From: Amphiscolops sp. MND2022
Taxonomy: Eukaryota
Length of the DNA stretch: 64,000 nt
Assembly (NCBI GenBank): GCA_964187785.1
Contig: OZ076409.1
Coordinates: forward strand, 76,448,001-76,512,000
Reading direction: 5' to 3'
The notes beneath the pieces were generated by a model. The model was given only the letters and a program-made list of their open reading frames with translations. It had not been told where the DNA came from and did not search any database. This document shows positions 14,101-24,219 of this stretch, piece by piece. Within the stretch, counting starts at the first letter, position 1. Every line of letters starts with the position of its first letter. Position numbers and translations under genes: made by a program.

Positions 14101-15296
14101 CATGGGAAGATCTGGACGATCCATGCGTCATGCGTGTCTTTGGCAAACGAAAAGCTGAACAAAAAGAGTTCGAAGATCATATTCAGCGAGTACGTGCCTC
14201 AGGTACCCCATACAAAATTTTCCACGCAACTGATGAAATCTGTCTTGCAAAGAGCAAAATTTGGACTGCAACTGACTCTGTACAAGTAACGAACCACCTG
14301 AACAAAGAGGTGAATGAGCCAAAACAACTGATTGTTTACCCAAAAGCGTTGTTGAGAGTCACAGTAAACATGGAATCGGAACAACTATCCCAAGGTCAAG
14401 TAGGAGTAGTTCATGAAGTTCCTACTGGTGACTCGGTCACAATTTACATTCCTGACAGCAGCGGAGGCGAAGTGACCATTACTTCTGAAATGCTCCAACA
14501 GGAACAATACTTGGCCTGGAGATCTGTGACTCTTCGAAAACAAATGGGATTCGTGCAGCCCTTTAAGAAAAATTCTGTGAGACGACAGCAGCTCCCCCTG
14601 ATGAATTTCGTTGCTCTGACAACGCACAAGCTCATGGGTGACACTTTTGACAAACTCGCGACGTCGATCTCGGCCAACGGAAACAATGCCCTGTGGATGA
14701 CGTCCCAGGTTTTCGTCATAGTCAGTCGAGTTAAACAACTGAAAAACCTGACTTTCGTCGGATCGAAATCGGAAACTTTAAACGCTGTTAGGACAATTTT
14801 AGAAACTAGAGACAGACGCGAAGAACATATGTTTAGCTTATTGGACGGTATTAGGAACAACTCACGCTCTGGTTCCACCGCGGAGCCCATTAACATCTCT
14901 AGAATGTCGTTCGTTCCGTTCAACAAAAACATACCCGAAACACCAAATGGTTTTGTTTATCTTCTGACAAGTGTGAATCCAAACTCGGCAGGAACTTTTT
15001 ACATAGGTCAAACAAGTAGGGCGTTGTTGACTCGTTTGTCGGAGCACAATACCGGTAATGGCGCTGAATTCACGAAAGTACCCCACCGACTACCGTGGGC
15101 TGTTGCCGCTTTTATTTGTAACTTTGCGTCCGCAAATTCACGGAAAGATTTAGAAGAAGAACTACATCGTTGTAAGATAGCTCGGCGGCACAGTTTAAAA
15201 ACTCTAGAAGACATGATTGCACTTTTCCAGGAGAAGGTTAATGAAAAAGATTGTAGTTTGTATTTTTGTGTATGCGGGGGAACTGGGCCAACATAA
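8145..15296 (+). CDS. Rep/helicase (RepHel) transposase with C-terminal GIY-YIG endonuclease, 2383 aa, intronless
   Basis: HUH Rep motifs FVTFTCN (~11301), EFQ...QHYHILFW (~11530-11580) and YLTSYTAGK (~12075). SF1/Pif1 motifs GPPGTGKT (~13518), FVEEISL, GDQMQLP, THKLMGDT and VSRVK. GIY-YIG motif GFVYLL..FYIGQT..RLSEHN (~14949-15050). Several Cys/His clusters in the N-terminal half. Confidence 0.92.
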   Translation: MPPGRGRKAKGRRPMCLNCGGFLGGDGSCSRCLAREVVVEDEPQVSIDNTPIPPMFPNDIDMTEEVTMPPVVPNDIQMTEEETVCSKCCRTTTDDYPLDFQTLNKDSVQSTMFGKPTREMVGDTVTMCQQCLIYNSNDNRSTDWPNAWPSVMYTFLFETHRFNSNTRNLLNVLPVEIRLSFRYHLNTVCPGLYTSVNETGFRDITKEKSNFWTLITTRTAKTLVQALTEYCFPNVRCPAGCFEFIEKTSGISFAHFLNYLHPTFTSFNANSSKFLNGARKNFLERETLLEKFEISPCVINNQNGLQLVTCSDHENGVTLRYVHVPTNPIVGNVSINNADRLALMVSSVRTVRPLKIGSKSATFTMCRVDSGRVSGVSSTVLHKFRNFDAPYNERLFNLEKFIINCRTDVQDVIRTCCENEEMSNILAEFYLNSESPVSNVIVEKHISNSVVFDINCLMKMKDFVESCPDDMKNKDYFMAPIAFGHTVDDYGHEPPTLPQTVSEDFDLFAFVVAFSTQDVLWSKLVENCQDNYDVQALCGTLHKLRQSSNKRRNGKKTNNSVRATAVSALTLALENIFGSKTDAFLNMCEILDGCMVVQIQRREFDIRVDCTRNDVVVLASVVSTGRNPQLPFEITSVNGRSFHLTLIVAENRASVRYGPPFFGFWTMSSDGHRPVKDPNLQEQYNRTWKFLVYISKTTSPESSKMRYLTYMGGQSVFFCREHNYPLTTDYISSNRKCSLPRTDHRGLTCTRKSAWRCPKKDCFASTCKSHFRELCDNVDRVFVDNTPSDEPIADSSDDEILLPQDEEQQSPELDQREFGLDNPGTSHYEEEANMDEFDAPQLIVDAGYQDNNAFTSDSGCEPVYLSKDSNCVPMHVLLNGECQVMKRLRYPTPVGKKFKRFFQNFVSTLQGRAIPFLQVEAHMFVHIFYKQLEDGSFPGALPFFLYDDRYANSKFDFDGLHEHMKLRLKDATLLTSSSLPYIMHAFDAVLNLSLVKCHTNQLFKRGLQNIQIGKHKPQQLTSTESVLRMDSVDSDVHVNRLAAACKSEIPDIFVTFTCNQKEHPGVAEVVQAIYELYGNATTEELKEVLQAYMVIIVRCWTRTVELLLDYLRFSDEHILGEILKVWGRAEFQNAAANLQHYHILFWLKNTCEDIIDKIQCAHKHVFNEFKNLFHTNFGTVDSEQHAEQMFDDCVKIQTHNCEKGHCLKKVRLNGERKCRFPPYPESHVPWYKEFHQPHSNEALEALSELGLAEPLPGTETGFQVTSTLKAGKYMYAAQKGEHMSPCNVPLWSITKSSLNVLKVCHSVAHRYLTSYTAGKEEHADVNIHPDNSHNVCNVRVQNIQNKKLGGVRKILAREAKQNKTDGLIDSTTIASTECVSWLLQLPTVLTTMDFVSCPSVPLENRGGVILKRKNNTQSRVDRPGVANEGPAEVRQLMLSLPPHRWLTEAQKTVLESVNQTAFSTDKVTVFSLRPPELLFVDKLKLYFRWFVREKVSKKNVHLTLLKLDITESHWLDGEGYAIRLRPCAVEEFENFVLENCLENPSNDRLIDASLVISVVLNEPTHSNYSFFVSEDKTLSNTPAEVVFSKVYPRSPANFLVHVLLSTGSFETELELFDVPSLKDAFVKGKIIEDKQYYDESDVNEIVKKYVLEELRYMPGGTRSFDANFLAAKNAFKGLLINNDIYCECLPITLMTTLTEALEDKALKMMRQSQLNIIKSLVQKKLPGFPSRDDFEYISKESPSNWAGDLVPNSFQSVESLQEQSSILELLKNGINECVFVEHKFRKHQLILGPPGTGKTYVLTMALGFALSKGLFCLVTSLAARRSMQFGGEHIHKLFCLPTVNNGSPLRMAEQALSKLDYKNDKKMLLLAVEVLFVEEISLISAEQWSAMDIILQELKQVTMPFGGILVVASGDQMQLPAISGSDIFFSPVLLTNFALFFLEHFVRMTDADGQTILKHMWRRPILRQAIQEIIDILGDKCTFKETWEDLDDPCVMRVFGKRKAEQKEFEDHIQRVRASGTPYKIFHATDEICLAKSKIWTATDSVQVTNHLNKEVNEPKQLIVYPKALLRVTVNMESEQLSQGQVGVVHEVPTGDSVTIYIPDSSGGEVTITSEMLQQEQYLAWRSVTLRKQMGFVQPFKKNSVRRQQLPLMNFVALTTHKLMGDTFDKLATSISANGNNALWMTSQVFVIVSRVKQLKNLTFVGSKSETLNAVRTILETRDRREEHMFSLLDGIRNNSRSGSTAEPINISRMSFVPFNKNIPETPNGFVYLLTSVNPNSAGTFYIGQTSRALLTRLSEHNTGNGAEFTKVPHRLPWAVAAFICNFASANSRKDLEEELHRCKIARRHSLKTLEDMIALFQEKVNEKDCSLYFCVCGGTGPT

Positions 15297-15354
15297 AATG
15301 TTATGTTTCTAAACAGAAAATAATTTTAAACGTAGGCACTGTTGAATTTCGCAC

Positions 15355-15905
15355 TAAGTTCGACTACAAAGGGTGGACACCGTGCGATATTCAACAGTTG
15401 AATTTCGTACAAAGCTCTACTAATTCTTTGAGGGTGGGCATCGTATGAAATTCAAATGTCTACTTTAAAAGAGAAAGTAAACTTAAAAGTTTGATAATAC
15501 TGCTTAAACTTTGTTGGGTATCGCACAAAGTTCGACTACAAAGGGTGGACACCGTGCGATATTCAACAGTTGAATTTCGTACAAAGCTCTACTAATTCTT
15601 TGAGGGTGGGCATCGTATGAAATTCAAATGTCTACTTTAAAAGAGCAAGTAAACTTAAAAGTTTGATAATACTGCTTAAACTTTGTTGGGTATCGCACAA
15701 AGTTCGACTACAAAGGGTGGACACCGTGCGATATTCAACAGTTGAATTTCGTACAAAGCTCTACTAATTCTTGAGGGTGGGCATCGTATGAAATTCATAA
15801 CTCTAATTTAAAAGTACGATTAGATCTGATTACTTCATAATTACCTTGAACAATGTTGAGTGTCGCACAAAGTTCGACTAAAGAGGGTGGACGCCGTGTG
15901 ACAAA
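15355..15905 (+). repeat. ~172-bp tandem repeat, ~3.2 copies, just 3' of RepHel
   Basis: The CGACTA core of AAGTTCGACTACAAAGGGTGGACACCGTGCGA recurs at 15361, 15533, 15705 and 15875. Confidence 0.95.
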
Positions 15906-16668
15906 CAAAACTTTCTTTGTTTTTGTACGTTTAATACGGTTCAGACTGTTTAGTTAGTTTCCTTTGCACTTAACTGGGACAGATGCAACAAAAAAACGGG
16001 AGAGAAGAGGCGGGACGAACTCCACAGAAGATCAAACGGCAAGTAGCTAAAACTAAATGTATGCCTTAGTTAGCTACTTGTCCTTTGTGGCAAGTACAAC
16101 GAGCCCTTCTATCTTCATGTACTTGCCACTCTTAAGATTTAGGAACTAAAATGGGAAATTTTTTGACTTGAAAGCCAATTGAATGCTTTCACTGGACTTT
16201 TTGACTTTTTTTGACTCGAAAACAGACTTAAAACTAACAGACTTAATTGAACTCTTAACCCCTACACCAATTGTTTTTTCCTAGTGAGATGAGTTGAGTG
16301 AGGCGTAGTGTTCATACAACACTCGAGAACAGTCATCAGATCTTTTAAAAATAGCGTAATGTGAGTCCAATGCATGATCCAAAATGAGGCGGAACAATTT
16401 TAGTTTCAAATTGAGTGCATTACCAGCATTTTCTTCGTAGAAGAAAATGCTGCTTCAAAGAAAGTAATTGTGAGATTGAGGAGACATTAATTAGGGCGTC
16501 GAACTCGTATAGGTGATGTATGACTGATTACTACGGTTCAACGACTTGTACTCATATTGTATTTGAATTTCAGATTCTTTGAATTCACTTTCTGCAGCTT
16601 CTTGCCATTCCGTCTGTTTCTTAAAGTCATTCCGTCAATTGTCATCATAGTAGTAAATCATTCAAAAA

Positions 16669-18644
16669 ATGGCCCAAGAAAAGCAAGTTGTCAACGGTTT
16701 TTTCAAACCTGGTGCATCGCTTGAGATGTGTGTCAATAATCTCCGGAGATTCGATGATGTGTCATTCGGGACCTTGATTTCAAGTGACAGAAAGCCACGA
16801 CTATACAAGGTGCAGGCAATTTATTTGTACGCGACGAAATCGCAAAAGAAGTACCGAATGTATGCGCCGGCGAAAGGCAACCTCACCGCAGTTAATAAGG
16901 AAATAACCACCTTTGACAGGTTTCTGGTTCTTGGAATTCCAAGCAGTCCACATGTTGTCACCATGTTCCTGAAAACGCCGGCCGCAACTAAGTTGAATCT
17001 GAAGTTCAGTCAGCATATGTCGCCAGGTTCTCCTTTATATATAATTATGCCCCGAATAGTGTCCTTCCTCTCGCCTCAGAATCCGGAGATTGTGTCGGCG
17101 GACCCCCTCATTCCCGTGCCTACCAACTCGTTTCGACAACTGTACACACTTCCCCCAGCAGATGTCGACAGCCCAAACTTTACATGGTTTGACTTTGCGT
17201 CCAAAAGTGTAGAGGTGTTCCAGGCCAATGCGCAGGACAGTGTCTGCATCGGCACATTCTGTGATAGCCAAACGAATCAACTGTCCTGTCCGTGTACATG
17301 CACGGTACCGGAGAAGAAGTGGGTGCTGTCACTCACGTTCATGTGCGATGAGCTGGCGGGCATTGCCAGAGATCAGGTGGTGTTTGTTTCTCAAGCGCTA
17401 TCCCGAGTTTTCGTTTCCAACGAAATGTTAAAATGGCCTCTCACCAATGACATTATCGACCCGTTCGACATGGACGATGCTGTAAGATAACCTAATTTTC
17501 CTTCACTGACTTTTATCTGTAAAAAATTGAAAATCAATTGAATTTTGAAAAATTTAAATTCTAAAAAAAGTGAAAATGAAACAAATGATTGTAATTCGAG
17601 AATTCAACAAACGAGGTATTACGTGTCATGTGACATTATCCATTTCATGAACTAAAGACATCGTATCAGCAGTCCTTTCAATTTGTCTTGAGATACTATA
17701 AGGTTTTCTTTGGCAATTTTAACTATTGATTATCAAACAAAGTTCGACTACAGAGGGTGGACACCGTGCGATATTCAATTGTTACATTTTGCCAAAGAAA
17801 ACCTACTAGCATCTCAAGACAAATTGAAAAGACTACTGATACGATGCCATAAGCTCATGAAATAGATGATGTCACATGATTCAGCATACTTCCATTGTTG
17901 GAAATTTTTAATTGTAATTAAAATGGTATGAATGTAATTCCACAGGTCCGAAATCTTGTCGATGACGTTAACAAAAAACAAGGATTCCGCATAAAGGGTT
18001 GGTTCAAACCCGCTACGACTGAGGATGGAGTCACACATGAAATTTTTAGTATTCATGTGTCCTCCTTGTCTCCTGTAGAGCCTTTAACAGATGAACAAAA
18101 AAGGCTTATGTACGGAGCAACTTCACGTAAGTATTTCTCTCTTCTTCAATTTCCCCTAAAATAATGTTCTTTTATCTAGCGACTTGCTTAAAGTATAAAC
18201 CATTGTGGAAAATGGGTTTCTCAAAAAATGAGGTCATATTTTATAGTGATTACAGAAGAAAAAATCTGGTGTATACTTGGTGGAAAAAAATTACAAGTGA
18301 AGCCGTTACCAATGACGTTCGATCATGCAGCAAACAAAAGTTTTATTCTTGATAGCTCTTGCTATAGCGCAAGCTTTGTGTATGAACAAAGACGTTTTTT
18401 CAAAAATTAATATTGCTTTTGTGGAAATTGAATTCAATAGCCTTTTCATTTGCACTTATTTAATTGTTTAGATGCCACTACTACTACTACTACTACTACT
18501 ACCACTAGTGCTACCGGATTTAATTCGAGCGCATTATCAGGTGCTAACCAAAGTGTTTCATTTGGCTGTGGCAGCGCAGACGGTGGCAGCGGCTCTAACG
18601 ACAGCGCAGAGAATCCTCCCAGTAAAAGACCTCGTACAGAATAA
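16669..18644 (+). CDS. Element-borne gene, 3 exons (16669-17481, 17946-18126, 18472-18644), 388 aa; putative zinc-ribbon/OB-fold ssDNA-binding (RPA-like) protein
   Basis: GTAAGA/CACAG and GTAAGT/TTTAG splice sites with consistent phases (0, 1) join three ORF-track frames. Contains a CxGxFCD..CPC cluster, a beta-rich C-terminal part (FRIKGWFKP..IHVSSL), a poly-Thr tail and an NLS-like end (PSKRPR). The fold assignment is inference. Confidence 0.7.
17620..17880. repeat. ~95-bp imperfect inverted repeat in an intron, enclosing one copy of the 172-bp-repeat core
   Basis: TCATGTGACAT...GGTTTTCTTTGGCAA (~17626-17715) is the reverse complement of TTGCCAAAGAAAACC...ATGTCACATGA (~17789-17879). AAGTTCGACTACAGAGGGTGGACACCGTGCGA lies in the loop. 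Confidence 0.85.
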
Positions 18645-19126
18645 GGTCTAATCGAGAGAATTAGAAACCAACATTTTTGGTTTTGTTGACAAACTACAAA
18701 ATAGGGTTGCCACTAGTATTGACCCAGATCTCCTGTATTATGATTTTCTGTATTATGATTCATTTTTGCACGAACCTTTCAAAAGTTGGTTACACTTCGA
18801 GATATTACTGTTATTTCATGTTGAATGTTGATTTGTTGTCCAGATTACTCATTGGTATTTAATTTGTCAATTCACTATTACTGAACTGGTTGTCTCTTTT
18901 AAAAATAGAAGTTAACATTAGACATTCAGTAGTTACATTTCTCTAGTTAAACCACAAATACAGCTCCTGTTGTCGTGAAGGTTGGTTTTGTGTAAAAGTA
19001 ACAAAATGGCGTTGGTTTGAAAATAAATAAAAAAATAAAATGGTATTGCAAAAAAGTACACGTTTTTTCAAGTAAAAATTTAATACTACCGCCTCCTGGT
19101 TTGATTGTTCAACCGTGCACGTCTAG

Positions 19127-20405
19127 GTGGTCCGGTACACTACCAACAAAACATTGTCGCGAGCAACGGGGAGGGTCCTGTAGCGAGCTTTATAGGAAAA
19201 AAACGGCGGAGCATATATACTAGGCAACATCGGCACTTTTACCCACGATCTCTGAAATGAACGATACGATCCGGCTCAAAATTTGCATACGGCTTCCTCT
19301 AGCGATTCTAAGAACTTTTCCCTACTGGCATTTTGCCCGGAAAATTCAAAAAGTGGGTCAAAATCTTAGTTTTTTGGTCGAAAAATGGCGTTTTTTTGGA
19401 AAAAATTTTTTTAAGAGCCCATATCTCGCTCCCAGGTGCTCGGAGCGGGTCGCATGTGGACGTTGATATTGCTGGGCACTTCTTAAGGAGTCCGTAGACA
19501 AATTTTCGTACAGATCGGATGAAAATTGACTGAGTAATAGCCGCAAATCCGACGAATTTTTCAGAAAATTTTGGTACACCTAGTCTATCTCTGCCGTTTT
19601 TTGCCCAGATTTTTTTCCAGGACCTCTCCTAAAGGCCTCCCCTGGCCGGTTTACCTCCCAGAAAAACCATTTGGCCCTTTTGCCGCAGTTTCAGCGTTCC
19701 AGGATTCCCCGGGTAAAAGATAAATGACTTAGAATTTTTTCGAAAATTTTTCAAAATTTTTTTTTCAACTTCAGGCCCCCCAAAGTCAAGAAACTTCCAC
19801 ACAACTAGTATTGCAAGTGAATGCATGTGGAAAGTGCTCGAATAGACGAGAAAAATGAGCTATTATAAAGTTCTGTAGCTTAACCTGACGTTGACTTATG
19901 ACAATTTTAGTGTGAGCTTGCTATGTGAGAAAAAATTTCATAAATTGAAAATCGAAGCTAAGTCTCATCGGAATACGTTCAGTGGACCCCAGCGCTGTTT
20001 AAATGCCGCTGTTTAGTGCAGCAACGCCCTTTAAGGTCATTTGATCCATTTTTTACAGGTTTTGACACCGTCTTATCCATTCGAAAGTTCGAAAGAGTTG
20101 TGTACATTCCATCTCCCCCCTTCTATGGGGGAGATGGTAATGTACACGCAAAAAGCCAAGTACTACTGTTCTTTTTATACTTGGAGTGGCCTCGGCAATG
20201 CAGTAGCGGGAGCTCCAGGTCGTTTGCCGTAGCCTTATTGTCTGTTTAGACTTTGCTACAACAGAAACTATGTTACTGATCATGAAAAAGATTGTTTCAA
20301 TCCAAATGTTTTTTCAAATAATAATACCAAATAACACATGTCCATATATCCACTATTGCCACTAAATACTGGCGCATCGTCGCACAACGAAGCCTGCAGC
20401 GCTAG
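19127..20405 (+). mobile_element. Non-autonomous module A, 1279 bp
   Basis: Near-identical to 30561-31841. Confidence 0.85.
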
Positions 20406-21677
20406 GTGCCGGGATTTTCTATTCGACAAGTTTGCGCGCCTTGGGGAGGGTCCCTTTGCGCGCTTTAAGATCCAGGTGTTTCCAACTCCTAAACGGGCAT
20501 GTGATTTCGACGATCTCCTAAACTAGCCATACGATTTGGCTGAAATTTGGCACACGTACCCCCCTCGGCACGGTGAAGATGATTCCCTACTGACGTTTTT
20601 CCCGCTAAACATTTTTTGTTGACCAAAATAACGGTTTTTGGGGTAAAATTTTCAACTTTTTTTAAATTTCATCACATATCTCGCCACGGGTACACGCTAG
20701 CGCTTCCAAACCTTGCTGACGAAAGTTTGCAAACTGTCTCAGAAATGCTGTGTGAAATTTTCAGCTCAATCGGACTTAAACTCGAGGAGATATAGCGTTT
20801 TTCCGGAGCGGGGGGGTTTCATTTTTCTAACGGTCCAGCTTATCTTTGCCATTTTTTCGAAAATGCACTCGCCTAAAGGCCTCCCCTGGCCGGTTTTATT
20901 CCCAACAAAACCATTTGGCCCTAAATACGGAGTTTCAGCGTTCCAGCATTCCCGGGCGAAAAGTTGTGGGACTTAGAAAAGTTCAAAAATTTCCAAAAAA
21001 AAATTTTTCCGTTATTTGGGCCCCCAAAGTGGGGGAAAAGACCCCCCAACCAGTAAAGCAAGTGAATGCATGTGGAAAGCCCTTGTTTAGACGAGAAAAA
21101 TGCCGTTTAGAACGTCTTTTTATCTTAACTTGACATTGACTTTTGTCGTTTTGAAGGTGACCGTTAGATACGGAAAATTGATGTTTTGAGTATTTATCCC
21201 ATCTGAAAGCCATTGAGATACAACATGTTTTGCTCAAAACGTGTTTCATTGCAGTTTCGCTGTCCATTATCACCCTTTGGTGTCTTTTCACGTAATTTTC
21301 GTTTCTATAATAACAATTTTTTTGTGAATTTATTCATTTTTTTCTCATCAAATAACTTGAAACAGTTGAGTACATTCCATCTCCCTTCCCGGGGGAGATG
21401 AGAATGTACTCGCTAAAGGTCAGGAACTACGGTCTATATCTTCCACAACACAAAAGGGATTGCAAATGGTTTCAGTTTGTCGCAGAAAACTTCTTTTTGC
21501 CCTCTGTGACTCGACAAAATGAACGTTTCTTACTTACTTTGAAACTCAGCATACCACAACTCATCTCTAACGTCAGCGCCCCCCCTACTTGCATCAACGC
21601 CCACCGTCCGTGGGCATGCCGAGGCATGCCCTTCGACGACGTATACCAAGATATACCTGGAGCGCGGTAGCCGCTAG
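20406..21677 (+). mobile_element. Non-autonomous module B, 1272 bp
   Basis: GTG...CTAG bounds; related to 2418-3704. Confidence 0.8.
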
Positions 21678-22940
21678 GTGCCGGGATTTCTATTCGATAA
21701 AGTATTTTGCGCGGTTGGGTAGGGCCCCGTGAGCGCGCCAGGGGATTGTGTTAGAACAACCGGAAATTCGGCATACGATTTTGGCGATTTTCTAAACTAT
21801 CCATACGATTTGGCTCAAATTTGGCATACGGGTTCCTGAGACAGATATAAGAACTAATTCCTACTGGCGTTTTGCCCGGAAAATTTTTTTTGTTGCCCAA
21901 AATTGAAATTTTCGGCAAAAAAATGCGATTTTTTTTGAAAAATTTTTTTTGAGAGGCCATATCTTTTTTCAGGGTGCCCGGAGCGGGACGCGTTAAACTG
22001 ATTATAAACTCTACGGTTCATGGGCTTTACGGAGAACCTAGGCTCGTTCCAATCGGACTTGTAGTCTTGGAGATATAACGGCATTTTTTGGGAATTTTTT
22101 GGAAATTTTTCTAACGGTCCAGCTTATCTTTGCCATTTTTTCGAAAATGTACTCGCCTAAAGGCCTCCCCTGGCCGGTTTTATTCCCAGCAAAACCATTT
22201 GGCCCTAAATACGGAGTTTCAGCGTTCCAGCATTCCCGGGCGAAAAGTTGTGGGACTTAGAAAATTTTTTTGGAAACGCAAAATGTGTAAAGTCAACTTC
22301 TGGCCTCCCAAAGTCAAGGAACTTCCACACAACTAGTATTGCAAGTGAATGCATGTGGAGAGTACTCGAATAGACGAGGAAAATGAGCTATAGAACGTCT
22401 CTGTAGCTTAACTTGACGTTGACTTATGACCTTTTGAGTGTGAGCTTGCTATGCGAGAAAAAATGCAAAACATGAAAATGGAAGCAAAGTATCGTCGAAA
22501 ACCCATCATAAGATGTTCAACTCATCCTAGAGCGGTTTATTAACAGTTGTTTAGTAGAGCAACACCATTCATGATCATGTGACCCATTTTTATGGGTTAT
22601 GAGATTGTCTTATTCATCCGATAGCCCAAAGCAGTTGAGTACATTCCATCTCACATCCGTGTGAGATGAGAATGTACTCGCTAAAGTCCAGGTACTACAG
22701 GCCATTTTGGTTTTATGCGACGCTCTGTATGCAAATGAGCTTACTTGAAATTTTTTTAGCTGATATTTTTTTAAACTGCACTTTGACGCTGACCTGACAT
22801 ACTGAATATTTAGTCCTTATAACATACACATAATTGACGTCAACGCCCCATCCTTGCATCAACGCCCACCGTCCGTGGGCATGCCGAGGCATGCCCTTCG
22901 ACGACGCGCACCAAAATATTCCCCGAGCGCGTTAGCCTAG
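21678..22940 (+). mobile_element. Non-autonomous module C, 1263 bp
   Basis: GTG...CTAG bounds; 5' part related to module D. Confidence 0.8.
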
Positions 22941-24219
22941 GTGCCGGGATTTCTATTCGATAAAGTAAGTTGCGCGGTTGGGTAGGGCCCCGTGAGCGCG
23001 CCCGTGTCTGTGTTTTTTGAACCTGAATTTGCGGGTGCCAAAATAGACGATCTCATAAACTATCCATACGATTTTGCTCAAATTTGGCATACGGGTTCCT
23101 GAGACAGATATAAGAACTAATTCCTACTGGCGTTTTGCCCGGAAAATTTTTTTTGTTGCGCAAACTTGAAATTTTTGACAAAAAAATGCGATTTTTTTTG
23201 AAAATTTTTTTTTGAGAGGCCATATCTTTTTTCAGGGAGCCTGGAGCGGGACGCGTTAAACTGATTATAAACTCTACGGTTCACGGGCTGTACGGGGAAC
23301 CTATTTTTGTTGGAATCCGACTTGTAGATTTTGAGATATATTATCAAATTTGGGTGTTTTTTTCCAATTTTTCGAAAAACCTGGTTTATCTCTGCCGTTT
23401 TTTGCCCAGATTTTTTTCTAGACCCTCTCCTAAAGGCCTCCCCTGGCCGGATTACGTCCCAGCAAAACCATTTGGCCCTAAATACGATGTTTCAGCGTTC
23501 TAGCATTCTCGGGCGAAAAGTTGTGGGACTTAGAAAAATTTTTTTTAAAACGCAAAATGTGTAAAGTCAACTTCAGGCCTCCCAAAGTCAAGGAACTTCC
23601 ACACAACTAGGATTGCAAGTGGATGCATGTGGAAAGTGCTTGAATAGACGAGGAAAATGAGCTATTATAAAACTCTGTAGCTTAACCTGACGTTGACTTA
23701 TGACAATTTTAGTGTGAGCTTGCTATGTGAGAAAAAATTTCAAAAATTGAAAATCGAAGCTAAGTCTCATCCAAAACTCATCGGAATACGTTCAATCCAT
23801 TCCAAAGCGGTTTACTTCCAGCTATAGACTGCAGCAACACTATTCAAGACCATTGTACCCCTTTATATTAGTTTTGACATTGTATTATTCATCCGAGAGC
23901 ACAAAGCAGTTGAGTACATTCCATCTCCCTTTCGGGGGAGATGAGAATGTACTCGCTAAAGAACAGGTACTACAGCCAATTTTTGTATTTATGCGAAGCC
24001 ATTCTATGCTATTGCACATAACAACTATGCTATTGACCTAATTTTGCCTACACTTTGCTGTGACATATGCTAAACGTTTGGTCCTTACAACAACATACAC
24101 ATGACTAACGTCAACACCACATACTGTTACCAACGCCCACCGTCCGTGGGCATGCCGAGGCATGCCCTTCGACGACGTATGCCAAATACCTTCCAGCGAC
24201 GCCCGCGCTCCCCGGCTAG
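22941..24219 (+). mobile_element. Non-autonomous module D, 1279 bp
   Basis: Near-identical to 35653-36932. Confidence 0.85.

Larger units (their letters stand above)
4977..19126 (+). mobile_element. Putative autonomous Helitron-like element (14.15 kb) with SGNH, RepHel-GIY-YIG and OB-fold-like genes
   Basis: Starts GTGGTCGGT and ends TTCAACCGTGCACGTCTAG, the same termini as short modules 29308-30560 and 33111-34363. Its first ~770 bp are nearly identical to those modules. The RepHel ORF is intact. Confidence 0.85.

Noticed and set aside
7995..15214. Antisense and alternate-frame ORFs overlapping RepHel
   Set aside because: These are shadows of the long ORF with no motifs.
18477..18507. (ACT)n microsatellite as a separate feature
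   Set aside because: It is the poly-Thr tract within exon 3 of the element's third gene.
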